From an uncultured Gemmatimonadales bacterium (lineage in GTDB: Bacteria > Gemmatimonadota > Gemmatimonadetes > Gemmatimonadales > GWC2-71-9), in assembly GCA_963821525.1 (NCBI GenBank), contig CAWGED010000014.1, positions 32,001 to 96,000 of the forward strand: DNA of 64,000 bases, written 5' to 3'. Positions 42,310 through 53,305 of this stretch are shown here, piece by piece. Below the pieces are notes generated by a model. It saw nothing but the letters and a program-made list of their open reading frames with translations, made no database searches and was not told the DNA's origin. A program made the position numbers and the translations under genes. Every line of letters starts with the position of its first letter. Position 1 is the first letter of the stretch.

Positions 42310-45300
42310 GTGTGGCCGGATTCGCGGCCCGCCACCGGGCTGCGGTCTATCTCGCGGTCGTCCTCCTTGCACTTGGCGGGGTGTATTCTCTCGTCACCCT
42401 TCCCGCCGGCACCTATCCCGAGGCCATCTTCCCCCGCATCGTCGATCATCGCGCCGGGTAGGCACCTTCGAACCGCGGGACATGGTGGTGGCAGTCACCC
42501 GCCCGCTCGAAGAGGAACTGTCGGGCGTCATCGATCTCCGGCGGATTCAGAGCCGTACCGTGCGCGGGGCGACGGAGCTGAGTCTCGACTTCCGCTCGGG
42601 CGCCGATATGCAGTTTGCCCTGCAGCAGGTGCAGGGCCGCCTCGCCATACTCCAGCCGGAATTGCCTGCCGGCGTTCACGTTTTCGCCGAGCGGCTCACC
42701 CCATCGGTCTTCCCGATGATGCAGTTCGAGCTGACTGGTGGGGATCCCATCCTGCTTCGTGACTTGGCGCAGTACACCATTCGGCCTCGACTCGCGCGGC
42801 TTCCGGACGTGGGCAGAGGTCGAAGTGCAGGGAGGGCTGGTTCGCGAAGTCTCAGTCGTGCTCGACCCGGCGCGCCTGGTGAGCCACCGTATCGGCGCCA
42901 AGGAAGTTGCGGACCGGATCCTCGACGCCAATGTGGTCGAGGCGACGGGTCGGGTGGATCGGGAGTATCGCCAGCTCAGCGTGATCGTTTCCGGTCTGGC
43001 GGCGACCGCCGATGCGGTTGGCGCGCTCGTGGTAAGACGGGATCGCGACTACCCGGTGCGGGTGTCCGACCTGGGCAGCGTCCGGTACGGGGCGCAAGAT
43101 CAGTTCCAGATCGCAACGGGGAATGGACAACCGGCGGCCCTGATCAATGTCTCCCGCCAGCCGGCGGGAAATATTCTCCGAGTAGAACGTGCCGTCATCG
43201 CGATGGCCGATTCACTCCGCCATGATCCTCCCCGCCAAGGTGAAGCTCGAGTCGGTGTACAATCAGGGCGAGCTGGTCCGCTCATCCATTGGCAACGTAC
43301 GGGACGCGATGATTGTGGGCGGTGTGCTCGCAGTAATCGTGCTGCTGCTCTTTCTCCATCAGCCCGTCGTCACTGTCGCCGCTGCCCTGACCCTGCCCGT
43401 CACGATTCTCGGGACCTTCGCCGGTCTTCGCCTCTTCGGTGATTCGCTCAATCTCATGTCCCTGGGCGGTCTCGCCGTGGCGGTAGGGCTCATCATAGAT
43501 GATGCCGTCGTGGTCGTCGAGAACATCGAGCGTCGTCTCGTACAACGGAGAGACGATCCGCCGGCGCAGGTGATCCAGCAGGCGACGGATGAGATCCTGG
43601 CGCCGGTCGCAGGGTCGACGTTGACCACTGTGGTCGTGTTCGCCCCCCTCGCTCTGCTCGAGGGTGTAGTCGGCCAGTTCTTCCGATCGTTCGCGCTAGC
43701 GCTCACCATCGCGGTTCTCCTCTCGCTCGCGCTCGCGGTTCTTCTCATCCCGCTCCTGACCACCCAATGGGTCGAGCGGCAACTGCGATCGGGGAAGGCT
43801 GCGCGAACCCGGGTCGAGACACCGCGGATCGCGCGGCTGGAGAACTGGTACGTCAACACGTGCCGGCGCGGCATTTCAGCGGCCGCGGGCTGGCCCTGGC
43901 CGGCGCAGGATTACTCGTGCTGCTCGCCTTCGGACTCTGGCAAGTCGTCGGCACCGGTTTTCTCCCCCAGATGGACGAAGGAGGCTTCATTCTCGACTAC
44001 TGGACTCCTACCGGCAGCTCGCTGGCCGAGACCGACCGGCAGCTCCATCGCATCGAAGGCATCCTCAAGGAGGATTCCGACGTCGAGCGGTTCACCCGGC
44101 GCACCGGTCTCGAGCTGGGATTCTTCGCTACCGCGCCCAATACCGGCGATATGACGGTGCAATTGCGTCCCAGGAGAGACCGTGCCTCGGTCTACCAGGT
44201 GATCGACCGGTTGCGTACCCGGATCGAGACCGAGCTTCCCGCGGTCCGGGTGGAGTTCATCCAGATCATTGCAGGATCTCCTCGGCGACTTGACCGGGCT
44301 CGCCGGAGCCGGTGGAGATCAAGCTCTTTCATCCTCAGGTACGGGTCGCCGAAGCGGCAGGCGCAAACCGTAGCGGGAGCGATCGAAGGTGTGCCGGGCC
44401 TGGAGGACCTGTTCGACGGCGTAACCGGTGACATCCCTTCGGTCCGGGTGGACCTCGATCCGGTCCGGGTCAGCCGGCTGGGACTCACCCCAGCCGACGC
44501 GGTCGCCCAGGTGCACGCCGCACTATTCGGAGAGGAAGCCGGTGCCGTACGGGAACCGGATCGGCTGGTCCCGATTCGGGTCCGGGTGTCGGACAGCGTC
44601 CGATTCAATCCGGCCGTCGCGCGAACTCTGCCAATCATCGGACCCAACGGGTGGGCGCCTCTCGGCGGATTGGGCACCGTGGCGGACAGCTCGGATGTGA
44701 GCGAGCTGTGGCGGGAAAACCTCCGGCCGATGGTTATGGTGACCGGTGCGGTCGATCCGGAAACCTCCAACCTTGGCCACGTGATGCGGGAGATTCGGAA
44801 CAAGCTTGCAGGGGTAGCCCTCCCCCCCGGTGTCTCGCTCGAATACGGTGGGCAATACGCCGGACAGCGTGAGTCGTTTCGTCAGCTGCTGCTCGTGCTG
44901 GGACTCGCGATCGGCATCGTGCTGCTGGTGATGGTCGGGCAGTTCGGCCAGTTCCGGGCTCCGCTTGCCATCCTGGTGGCCGCGTCCCTCGGGCTCACGG
45001 GCGCACTGCTCGCGCTGGTCATCACGGGAATGCCGTTCAATGTGTCGAGCTTCATGGGGCTGATCCTGCTGGTAGGACTCATCGTGAAGAACGGAATCAT
45101 CCTGTTCGATGCGGCCCAGAGGATCCGACGGACCGGGGCCACGCCAGAGGAGGCGCTTCGGGAGGCCGGTCGGCTCCGTCTCCGGCCGATCTTGATGACG
45201 ACACTCTGCACGCTGGCCGGTCTGCTTCCTCTCGCGTTCGGCATCGGCTCCGGTGCCGAGCTTCAGCAGCCGCTCGCCATCGCAGTGATCGGCGGGCTGA

Positions 45301-45410
45301 CTCTGTCCACGGTAATCACTCTGGTGCTGTTGCCGGCGGGGCTGCTTGGGGTCGGGGCCCTTGGGCGGAAAAGCGGGAACGGGGAACAGGGAACGGGGAA
45401 CGGGGGGTAG
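42306..45410 (+). CDS. RND efflux permease (AcrB/CusA family); several indels
   Basis: NLMSLGGLAVAVGLIIDDAVVVVENI, GFLPQMDEG, VKNGIIL, RLRPILMTT. Confidence 0.9.
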
Positions 45411-45470
45411 GAGGCAGTGAAGCTGTACAACCACCTCATCCCGAGTTCCCGTTCCCTTTTCCCGCTTTTC
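45368..45470. repeat. Inverted heptamer arrays (GGGAACR)n ... (GTTCCC)n
   Basis: aaaagcgggaacggggaacagggaacggggaacgg ... gttcccgttcccttttcccgctttt. Confidence 0.85.
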
Positions 45471-45520
45471 TCACCCCTCTACCTTCAGAGTGTCGTGAAC
45501 CTGCGCCTCTGGAGACCGAA

Positions 45521-45976
45521 ATGAAAGCGTCTGCAACCTATACCGTGAAAAAGTGGGAGGAGAAGCCGTACGACGATATCTCCTCCGAGATGAAAATGAC
45601 GCGTGCCTCTGTCGAGTACGCGCTCGACGGCGAGATCAAGGGCAAGGCCGCGGTCGAATACCTGATGTTCTACAGCCACTTCGACGCCCAGGACCAGCAC
45701 AAGGCCGCGGCCGAGTACGTGGGACTGGTGCGCTTCAACGGTGCAGTGGGCGGGAAGTCAGGAAGTTTCGTGATGCAGGATACCGGGAGCTTCGAACAGG
45801 GAACCGCGAGCTCGGCCTTGCAGGTCGTCGAGCACTCCGGAACCGGAGAGCTGAAGGGGATCAAGGGTAAGGGAAGCTACCGGGCGAACAAGGAAGGGTT
45901 TCGGTTTGAGGTGGAGTACATCTGTGAATTGAGATGTCAGATTGAAGATTGCAGATTGAGAAGAGGTACTGTTTAG
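45521..45976 (+). CDS. DUF3224-like protein
   Basis: WEE, YVGLVRFNG..GGKSGSFV, SGTGELKGIKG. Confidence 0.75.
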   Translation: MKASATYTVKKWEEKPYDDISSEMKMTRASVEYALDGEIKGKAAVEYLMFYSHFDAQDQHKAAAEYVGLVRFNGAVGGKSGSFVMQDTGSFEQGTASSALQVVEHSGTGELKGIKGKGSYRANKEGFRFEVEYICELRCQIEDCRLRRGTV

Positions 45977-46030
45977 TCGCACCTCCTCACCAATCTAGCA
46001 ATCTTCAATCCTCAATCCGCAATCCCCATC
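45929..46030. repeat. Inverted heptamer arrays (GATTGAA/GATTGCA) ... (CAATCNN)
   Basis: gatgtcagattgaagattgcagattgag ... caatctagcaatcttcaatcctcaatccgcaatcc. Confidence 0.85.
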
Positions 46031-46031
46031 C

Positions 46032-46611
46032 TCAGCTCCCCGCCGTCACCGGAATCTTCACCCTCGTCGTCTCCCACTCCAACACCAGGAAGCCCGGTTC
46101 CGATGCGATGGTGAACATCTCGACCGGGGTCTTCAGCGCCTCGGGCTTCACCTTGCCGCGGCCGAGTTCCTGGGCCTTGACCGCATCGGTGTAGGTGTGC
46201 TCTTCGCCCCACTGGGTGATCGACTTGTTCACGATCACTTCCCACTCACCGGCATTGGGCACGGTGTACAACGAGTAGGAGCCCGCGGGAACCTTGATGC
46301 CCGCCACGACCAGCGGTCCGCTGGTGTGAATCATGGTCGGCTCGTTGGCACCGGTGCGCCAGAGCTTCCCATACGGCACATCGTCTCCGCCCAGCATGTG
46401 GCGGCCGCGCAGCGAGGGCCGGCCATAGCAGACCTTTACGTCCGAGGAGCCCACATTGAAGCTGAGCGAATCGAGCGGACTCTTCCGAGTGGCCAGAGGC
46501 AGCTTTTCGGTGTTCATCGTGATGCAGGCCAGCGGTGCGGGAGCAGGCCGGGCGGGTGAAACGGTCAGGGCGTGACAGGGCGGTCAGGGCGGTCAACGCT
46601 AGAAACGGCAT
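46032..46611 (-). CDS. DUF2911-like secreted protein; 1-nt insertion near 46574
   Basis: YGRPSLRGR, VPYGKLWRTGANE, GSYSLYTVP; signal peptide restored by removing one base. Confidence 0.8.
46562..46596 (-). repeat. Nonamer tandem (CTGACCGCC)~4 within a signal-peptide coding region
   Basis: ttgaccgcc ctgaccgcc ctgtc(a)cgcc ctgaccgt on the - strand. Confidence 0.75.
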
Positions 46612-46663
46612 AGAATCCTCTGGTTCGTGTACAGGGTGATCGCTGCTTCAGTCTTCTGCTATC

Positions 46664-46694
46664 CTAGGTACTCGGTACCCGGTACTCGGTACTT
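46664..46694. repeat. Single-arm heptamer array (GGTACTC)4 at the purK stop
   Basis: ctaggtactcggtacccggtactcggtactt. Confidence 0.85.
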
Positions 46695-47816
46695 AGTTCT
46701 TCAGCCTTTCCTTCGCCGCATGCGCTGCCTCCAGGGCCTCGCCCGGCGTGGCCGCCAGAACGGTCAGGTGCCCCATCTTGCGGCCGGGACGGGGTTCCTT
46801 CTTCCCGTAGAGATGCAGCTTCACGCGGGGATCCGCGAGGGCGCGGGCCCAGCGAGGCTCGCCATGGACCCACAGGTCACCCAGCAGATTGACCATCGCG
46901 ACAGGAGAGAGCAAGGTCGGTTCTCCGAGGGGCAGACCCGCCAGTGCACGCACCTGCTCCTCGAACTGATCGGTCACGCAGGCATCAAGGGTATAATGAC
47001 CGCTGTTGTGGGGGCGTGGGGCCATCTCGTTCACCAGCAGCTCACCGTCGCTCACGAAGAACTCGACCGCCATCGTCCCCACATATCCCATCGCCTGAGC
47101 CAGGCTCGCGGCCATTTCCTGCGCCTTCTTACTCAACGAAGAATCAATACGTGCCGGGACGACGCTGGTCTCCAGGATACCAGCGACATGGCGGTTCTCG
47201 GCGACGGGGAAAGTTACGGTCGCCCCATCTTCGCCACGCGCCAGCACGACGGAGACCTCGGTATCGAGTTTCACCCGCCGCTCCAGGATGCACGGCTGAT
47301 TCCCGAACTCGGCAAACCATCGGCGCAGCTCTTCCAGGCCGTTTACCGGGGCCTGCCCTTTCCCATCGTACCCCAAACGGTTGGTCTTGAGGAGGGCAGG
47401 GGGGCCGACCGAGGTGTAGGCCGCTGCAAAGTCGCTCTCGGAAGAAATGGCGTAGAACCCTGCGGTGAGGAGGCCATGCTTCCGCGCAAAGGTCTTCTCG
47501 GTGACCCGATCCTGAGTCAGTGCCACTGCCTCGGGCCCAGGGCGCACCGGGCAAAAGCGTCGCAGATATTCGAGACTCGCTGCGGGAACGTTCTCGAATT
47601 CGGTCGTGACGGCAGCCGCCGCTTCTCCCAGCTGCCTCAGGCCGCCTCGTCCTGATAAGCGGCCTGAATGTGCCGGTTGGCGAGAGTTCCCGCGGGGCTG
47701 AGTTGATCTGGATCAAGGACGACTATTTCATATCCCATTCGGCGAGCCGCGGCCGTGAACATCCTTCCCAGTTGGCCGCCCCCGAGCAATCCGAGGGTGG
47801 CCCCGGGAGAAATCAC
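46693..47816 (-). CDS. purK: N5-carboxyaminoimidazole ribonucleotide synthase; indels near 47640 and 47555
   Basis: [11 protein letters not shown] after the GTG overlapping the purE stop; [32 protein letters not shown]. Confidence 0.93.
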
Positions 47817-48307
47817 TTGGGCTCCGGAAGCTTGAGGCCCATCACCTTCTCAGTCTGGGAGGCGCGGAACTGATCGAGCCTGGAGGCGAGTGCGGGGTCC
47901 CGGCGGGCGAGGATCGCGACGGCGAAGAGGCCGGCGTTCTTGGCTCCGGCTTCTCCGATGGCAAACGTCGCAACCGGAATTCCGCCCGGCATCTGCACGA
48001 TCGAGAGCAGCGAGTCCAGTCCGTTGAGGTGCTTCGAGGCGACCGGGACCCCCAGCACCGGGAGCGTGGTTTTCGCGGCGAGCATTCCTGGCAGGTGTGC
48101 AGCGCCGCCAGCTCCAGCTATGATGCATTGCAGCCCCCGGCCGGCGGCCTCCTCCGCGTAGCGGTAGAGCAGGTCCGGCGTGCGGTGCGCCGAGACTACT
48201 TTTCGTTCGTGGGGGACGCCGAAACCCTCGAGTTGGGTTGCGGCGTGCTGCATGGTATCCCAGTCCGAATCGCTGCCCATCACGATGCCGACCAAGGGCT
48301 TCGTCAT
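47813..48307 (-). CDS. purE: N5-CAIR mutase
   Basis: [30 protein letters not shown]. Confidence 0.97.
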   Translation of the reverse strand: MTKPLVGIVMGSDSDWDTMQHAATQLEGFGVPHERKVVSAHRTPDLLYRYAEEAAGRGLQCIIAGAGGAAHLPGMLAAKTTLPVLGVPVASKHLNGLDSLLSIVQMPGGIPVATFAIGEAGAKNAGLFAVAILARRDPALASRLDQFRASQTEKVMGLKLPEPK

Positions 48308-48398
48308 CTGTGTCTCGGGGATCGGGTTGCGGTTCCGCGGCTGGGAGTAGGATAACCGTCATACCGCTGTCATCCAACCCATCTACTATACTTTCTTC

Positions 48399-49088
48399 AT
48401 GCGCCTTCTTGTCGTCGAGGATGATCCCGCCCTGGGCGAGTTCCTGGTCAGGGTGCTTCAGGAAGCGGCCTGGGCCGCCGACCTCGCCGTGACCGGAGCA
48501 GCAGCGCTTACCTTGCTCGCGGTCAACGAATACGATCTCGTCATTCTGGATATCGGGCTCCCCGGAGAAGATGGGTTCTCCGTCTGCCGCTCTTTCCGGG
48601 CCCGAGGCGGCACCACTCCCATTCTGATGCTTACTGCGCGCGACGCCTTGGCCGATCGCGTCACCGGCCTCGACGCAGGCGCGGATGATTACCTCGCCAA
48701 GCCGTTCGCGGTCGAAGAGCTGCTTGCCCGGCTGCGCGCGCTGGCGCGGCGCCCCAAGCCTGCCCTCGATGTGCAGCTGCGCTTCGCCGACTTGGAGCTG
48801 GTCCCCGCCGAGCGGGTGGCTCGTCGAGGAGAGAGGGTGCTGAGCCTGACTCACCGGGAGTACGCGCTCCTTGAGCACCTGCTTCGCCATCCCCGGCGGG
48901 TTCAGACCCGCTCCCGTATCCTGGAACACGTCTGGGACGACAACTTCGATCCGGTGGGGAATGTGGTCGAGGTTCTCATCGCGCGGTTGCGCCGCAAGGT
49001 CGATGCACCTGGCTTCGCCCCTCTCATCCACACGGTCCGCGGCGCGGGCTACGTCCTGACGGATACCCCAACAGCCGATGTTTCGTAG
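48399..49088 (+). CDS. OmpR-family response regulator
   Basis: VVEDD, ILDIGLP, GADDYLAKPF, IHTVRGAGY. Confidence 0.95.
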   Translation: MRLLVVEDDPALGEFLVRVLQEAAWAADLAVTGAAALTLLAVNEYDLVILDIGLPGEDGFSVCRSFRARGGTTPILMLTARDALADRVTGLDAGADDYLAKPFAVEELLARLRALARRPKPALDVQLRFADLELVPAERVARRGERVLSLTHREYALLEHLLRHPRRVQTRSRILEHVWDDNFDPVGNVVEVLIARLRRKVDAPGFAPLIHTVRGAGYVLTDTPTADVS

Positions 49089-50450
49089 CCGGCTCCGGCT
49101 TCGGCTGGCTGGCTGGTTTGCGCTGGCCATCCTCCTCGGCCTGGCCGTGCTCGACCTCGGCCTCTTCACCGCCCTTCGCCGGGTTGCCGACCGCCAGCTG
49201 AGCGTCGAGGTGTTGACCGCCGCTCGCGGCTTGCGACTGGCGGTCAGGCGGGAAGCGGGAGATCAACAGCACTTCACCCTCGACGAAGCGGCGAAGGAAG
49301 CGCTCTCGGAGTGGCCCCCGGGGCACGAGGGCTTGGCATCTTTTCGCCCGACGGTAACATGATCGGGAAGCGCGGTCCCAAGGGACTGCTCGCCGCCGTA
49401 CCTCCACTAGACTCGCTGCCTCCTCCGGAACGGATTCTCGAGCTGCCTCTCAAAGTCGAGGGCAGTGCACGTATGGCGGCGGCGCGGGAAACCGGTGACT
49501 CCGGCTTCGTGGTGGTGGCCGTGGCTTCGACAGCCGAGTTGAAGTCACAGCTGGAGACATTAGCGTGGCTTCTCCTTCTCAGTGTTCCGTTAGTGCTGGT
49601 GATTTCGCTGCCGGCGGGATATTTCCTTGCTCAGCGGGCGCTGGCGCCGTTTCAGTCGCTCTCGGACGAGCTCGAGAGTATTCAACCTGGTGTACTCGAG
49701 CGCCGGCTGCCGATCGCCGAGCCGCCCGATGAGCTGGATCACCTGGCACAGCAGGTCAACTCCCTCCTCGACCGGCTCGCCGGCTCACAGCGGCAGACCC
49801 GGAAATTTCTCGCCCAGGCCGCCCACCAGCTTCGCACTCCGCTGACCCTGATCCGGGGCGAGAGCGACCTGGCGATCGATCGTCCCCGGAGTCCGGAGGC
49901 GCTCCGCGCGGCACTGGATCGCGTGAATCTGGCCTCTCAGCAGATGAGCCGGCGGGTGGATGAACTCTTCCTCCTCGCGCGGGCCGAGGCCGGTGAAGCC
50001 CTGGCGCGCCCGGAGGCGGTTGAGCTGGACGCCGTCGCGATCGAAGCCGCCGATCTCATGCGGGGACGGGCCCATGCGCTGGGACGTAAGATCTCGCTGG
50101 GGCCGATGGCGAGCGTGGAGGTCCTGGGAGACGGTTCTCTGCTACGGGAAGCGGCAGTGGAGCTGGTGGAAAATGCCTGCCGGCACGGCGCCGCGAGCGA
50201 GCCGGTGGACATTGCCGTGACCGAACACGACAGCACCGCCTGTCTGCGGGTTACGAGTGCCGGTCCGCCGATCTCGGAAAACCTCCTCCATCGCGGATCC
50301 GAGGACGACTCGAGCCGGGGGATTGGTCTCTCAGTGGTTCGCTGGATTGCGACTGCCCACGGCGGAAAGCTGGACTATGTCCAGGAGGCCGGGCGCAATG
50401 TGATGGTGATGTGCCTGCCGCGTAGTCAGCCGCTAGCTGTTAGCCGTTAG
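49078..50450 (+). CDS. Sensor histidine kinase (HAMP, HisKA, HATPase); indel near 49335
   Basis: Two TMs, DEL HAMP motif, AAHQLRTPLT, ENA, GIGLS, AHGG. Confidence 0.88.
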
Positions 50451-50569
50451 CTGTTAGCTGTTAGCCAAGGCCGTAAGCCATTAGCCCTAAGCCAGAAGCG
50501 CGAGAGCTTACGGCTTAGGGCTCCGTACTCGGTACTAACTAGGTACTCGGTACTAGGTACTAGGTACTT
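50426..50569. repeat. Triple composite heptamer array (TAGCYGT)n, (TAAGCC..)/(GGCTTA..), (GGTACTM)n
   Basis: Three abutting blocks with 7-nt period between convergent genes. Confidence 0.88.
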
Positions 50570-51191
50570 CTTGAATCTTGTACACGACCGCCGCCAACGC
50601 CCCTCCCACGAACGGCCCCACCAGGTACAGCCACCAGCTCGCGAAGGACCCTCCGCCGAGCAACGCGTGAACCACGGTTATGCCGGTTCCTACGGCGGGA
50701 TTGAACGCGCCACCGGAAATGCCTCCGCCGGCAAACGCGGCGACCACGATGGTAAATCCAATGGCCAGGCCGTAGAACGAATTGCCCTTCACGTCGGGAT
50801 GGGTCGCGACGTTGAGCACGACGAGCGCCAGGGCGAAGGTGAAGAGAATCTCGACCAGGAGTGCCGCCACCACGCTTGCGTTCGCCGAGGGGGCGATCGG
50901 GATCGTGCGTCCGAAGATCACCGAGGAGAGATACGCCGCAACGATTGCACCGAGCACCTGGGCCACCACGTAGGGGATGAAGTCCTTCCCCGGCATCTTC
51001 CCTCGGAGCAGCACCGCGAGGGACACCGCCGGGTTGTAGTGCCCGCCGGAAATGTGGCCTCCCATGTACACCATGACCATCAGCGAGCAACCGATCGCGA
51101 GCGGCGCCATGGGGACCTCGCCGGTCACGGTGAGGCAGACGGTGAACACGAGGAAGAACGTGCCGATGAACTCCGTGACGAGATTGCGCAT
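50553..51191 (-). CDS. Aquaporin (MIP family)
   Basis: EFIGT, SGGHYNPAV, SGGAFNPAV. Confidence 0.93.
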   Translation of the reverse strand: MRNLVTEFIGTFFLVFTVCLTVTGEVPMAPLAIGCSLMVMVYMGGHISGGHYNPAVSLAVLLRGKMPGKDFIPYVVAQVLGAIVAAYLSSVIFGRTIPIAPSANASVVAALLVEILFTFALALVVLNVATHPDVKGNSFYGLAIGFTIVVAAFAGGGISGGAFNPAVGTGITVVHALLGGGSFASWWLYLVGPFVGGALAAVVYKIQEVPST

Positions 51192-51276
51192 GGTTGTCCT
51201 CGGTGGTCGGGGAACGGGAGGCAGCGCCGATAATCAGTGGGCCACGAGGGGATTTGGCAAGAGCGGGGAGGGGGAT

Positions 51277-51356
51277 GGTAATTGGTAATTGGTAATCGAT
51301 AATTGGTAATTGGTCATTGCCAATTACAAATTGCAAATTATCAATTACCAATCACC
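51277..51356. repeat. Inverted heptamer arrays (GGTAATT)7 ... (CAATTAC)5, essentially no spacer
   Basis: ggtaattggtaattggtaatcgataattggtaattggtcattg ccaattacaaattgcaaattatcaattaccaatc. Confidence 0.9.
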
Positions 51357-51832
51357 TTCTCTCCTTCTGATACGTCCCCATCAGCTCGCAGCTCACCACC
51401 ACGTGACCTTCCATGCTGGCGAGCAGTTTGGCACGGCTCGGCTGGCCGAGGTCGGGTAAGACGAGGTCGAGGGCGAAGAGCCGGAAGTAGTAGCGATGCC
51501 GGCCGATCGGTGGGCAGGGCCCGCCATAGCCGGTTCGTTTCCAGTCGTTGGTTCCCTCGCGAGTTCCCTGAGGCAGATCGGCTGCCTTGGTTCCTTCCGC
51601 GCAGCGTGCCGTCACTCGCCGGGAGATTGTACAGCACCCAGTGGGTCCAGATCGTCTTGGGCGCAGCGGGATCGGGAGCGTCTGGATCGTCTACGATGAG
51701 AGCCAGGCTCCTGGTATCTCCGGGAACACCGCTCCAGGAGAGCGGCGGGCTGATGTTCTTGCCCTCGCAGGTGTATTGAGCGGGGATACTGCTCTGATTG
51801 GAAAAGGCCTTGGAAGTGAGGGTGAGAGACAT
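51352..51832 (-). CDS. YbhB/YbcL Raf kinase inhibitor-like protein; indel near 51605
   Basis: SPPLSW, DDPDAP, WTHWVLYN, YGGPCPPIGRHRYYF. Confidence 0.9.
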
Positions 51833-51839
51833 AGTCCAA

Positions 51840-52223
51840 CTACTCGATCTTGAAATGGGGATTCTGGATCACGCCGAGGATATTGCCGAATGGGTCACGC
51901 ACGGCACCGATCTTGATCTCGCCGCCGACGTCGGCCACCTTCTCGAAGTCGGTCGCCCCGAGTGAGATCAGCCTGCGATACGCGGCCTCGGCATCGGCGA
52001 CGCCCCAGTATGCAATTCCTGCCTCGGGTCGTTCCTTCGGCGCATCGGCCTCGGGTGTGATACCCAGCTCAAAGCCACCCACATTGAATCCGACATAGAA
52101 GGGCTCATCGAAGTACGGCTTGCTCTCCAGCACCTTCGAATACCACGCCTTCGCGGCGGCAATGTCAGGAGCGGAGTACTTGGCGGTACGGAGGCCCACG
52201 AAGGCGGTGTTGGACTGCGGCAT
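51840..52223 (-). CDS. VOC/glyoxalase family protein
   Basis: AAKAWY, PYFDEPFYVGF, DPFGNILG. Confidence 0.85.
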   Translation of the reverse strand: MPQSNTAFVGLRTAKYSAPDIAAAKAWYSKVLESKPYFDEPFYVGFNVGGFELGITPEADAPKERPEAGIAYWGVADAEAAYRRLISLGATDFEKVADVGGEIKIGAVRDPFGNILGVIQNPHFKIE

Positions 52224-52246
52224 GGCGACTGCTCCTGCGAAAGCGG

Positions 52247-52663
52247 TCAATAGGTTGCCCAGACACCCGGTGTCGCCAGTTCCACCGAATGACCATCGGG
52301 GTCGCGAAAGTAAATGCTTTCTCCTCCTCGGCTCCAGCGCACTCGGCTCTCGATCGCGATGCCATGCTCGGCGAGCGTCTTCTCCCACGCCGGAAGATCG
52401 TCCCGCCCGATCGCAAAGGCGACGTGAATCGGGCCGTGGCCATCATGGGGAGGGATCCAGCCTGAAGGTGTCTCCGCTCCGCTCGTGGTGGCGCCGCGAT
52501 GAAAGAGCAGGAGGACGGTTCCTTGCCCCGCGTCGAGCGACACCAGCCTGCTCCCCTCGTCGAGCACTTTGAGTCCCATCAGTCCGGAATAGAATCGCTT
52601 CGCTCGCTCCAGGTCATCCGAATAGAGCGCGGTCTCCAGCACCCGAGTGAGGGCAGGGGGCAT
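52247..52663 (-). CDS. VOC/glyoxalase family protein
   Basis: LETALY, HVAF, YFRDPDGHSVEL. Confidence 0.88.
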   Translation of the reverse strand: MPPALTRVLETALYSDDLERAKRFYSGLMGLKVLDEGSRLVSLDAGQGTVLLLFHRGATTSGAETPSGWIPPHDGHGPIHVAFAIGRDDLPAWEKTLAEHGIAIESRVRWSRGGESIYFRDPDGHSVELATPGVWATY

Positions 52664-52675
52664 GGTTCGCTCGGC

Positions 52676-53305
52676 TCAGTAGGAATTCTCGCGAAGCTCC
52701 GCCACGGCAGTCTCCAGGTTCTGGCGCGCCTGCGTCTCGTATTTGCGGCGGAACGGGCCGGTCAGGTAGATCGCCGGCCGGGCGAGGAATCCTTCGAGGA
52801 TCTGTAGCCGGGCCTCCCGGAAATCCGGTTCCGGTACCCAGGCATACTCCTGGCGGATCTGCCGGTCGTAGACCTGGAAGCGTTCGGGCGGCGCGCCGAG
52901 GATGGTGAGATCGATGTCTGCGACGAGGGCAGCATCACCCCGGATCGAACTGCTGTCGTGGCGGGTCGCGAGGATCAGGTCATTGATTCGGCTGGCAGAG
53001 GTAGGCGACCCACCGGATGATACCACGACCTCTCTCGCCCAACGCGCGCTCTCTTCTTCATTGTCACTCGCGCGGGTGTCGTAGATCGCGTCGTGAAACC
53101 AGAGCGCCAGGAGCACCTCGGCCGGATACCGGGCCAGGCCATGCACCTCGTCGAATCGCCGGAAGCAGTCCTTCAGGTGCTCCACGTTGTGGTAAGCGCG
53201 GTGCGGCTCCGAGTAACGGCCAAGTAGCTCGGCCAGTACCCGGGGCTCGGGATTGCCGGAGCCCAGATTGAACCAGGCCCCCTTCCAGCGCTCCTCAAGT
53301 TCCAT
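52676..53305 (-). CDS. HD-superfamily metal-dependent phosphohydrolase
   Basis: YSEPHRAYHNVEH, WFHDAIYD, NEEESA, DIDL, IRQEY. Confidence 0.85.
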   Translation of the reverse strand: MELEERWKGAWFNLGSGNPEPRVLAELLGRYSEPHRAYHNVEHLKDCFRRFDEVHGLARYPAEVLLALWFHDAIYDTRASDNEEESARWAREVVVSSGGSPTSASRINDLILATRHDSSSIRGDAALVADIDLTILGAPPERFQVYDRQIRQEYAWVPEPDFREARLQILEGFLARPAIYLTGPFRRKYETQARQNLETAVAELRENSY

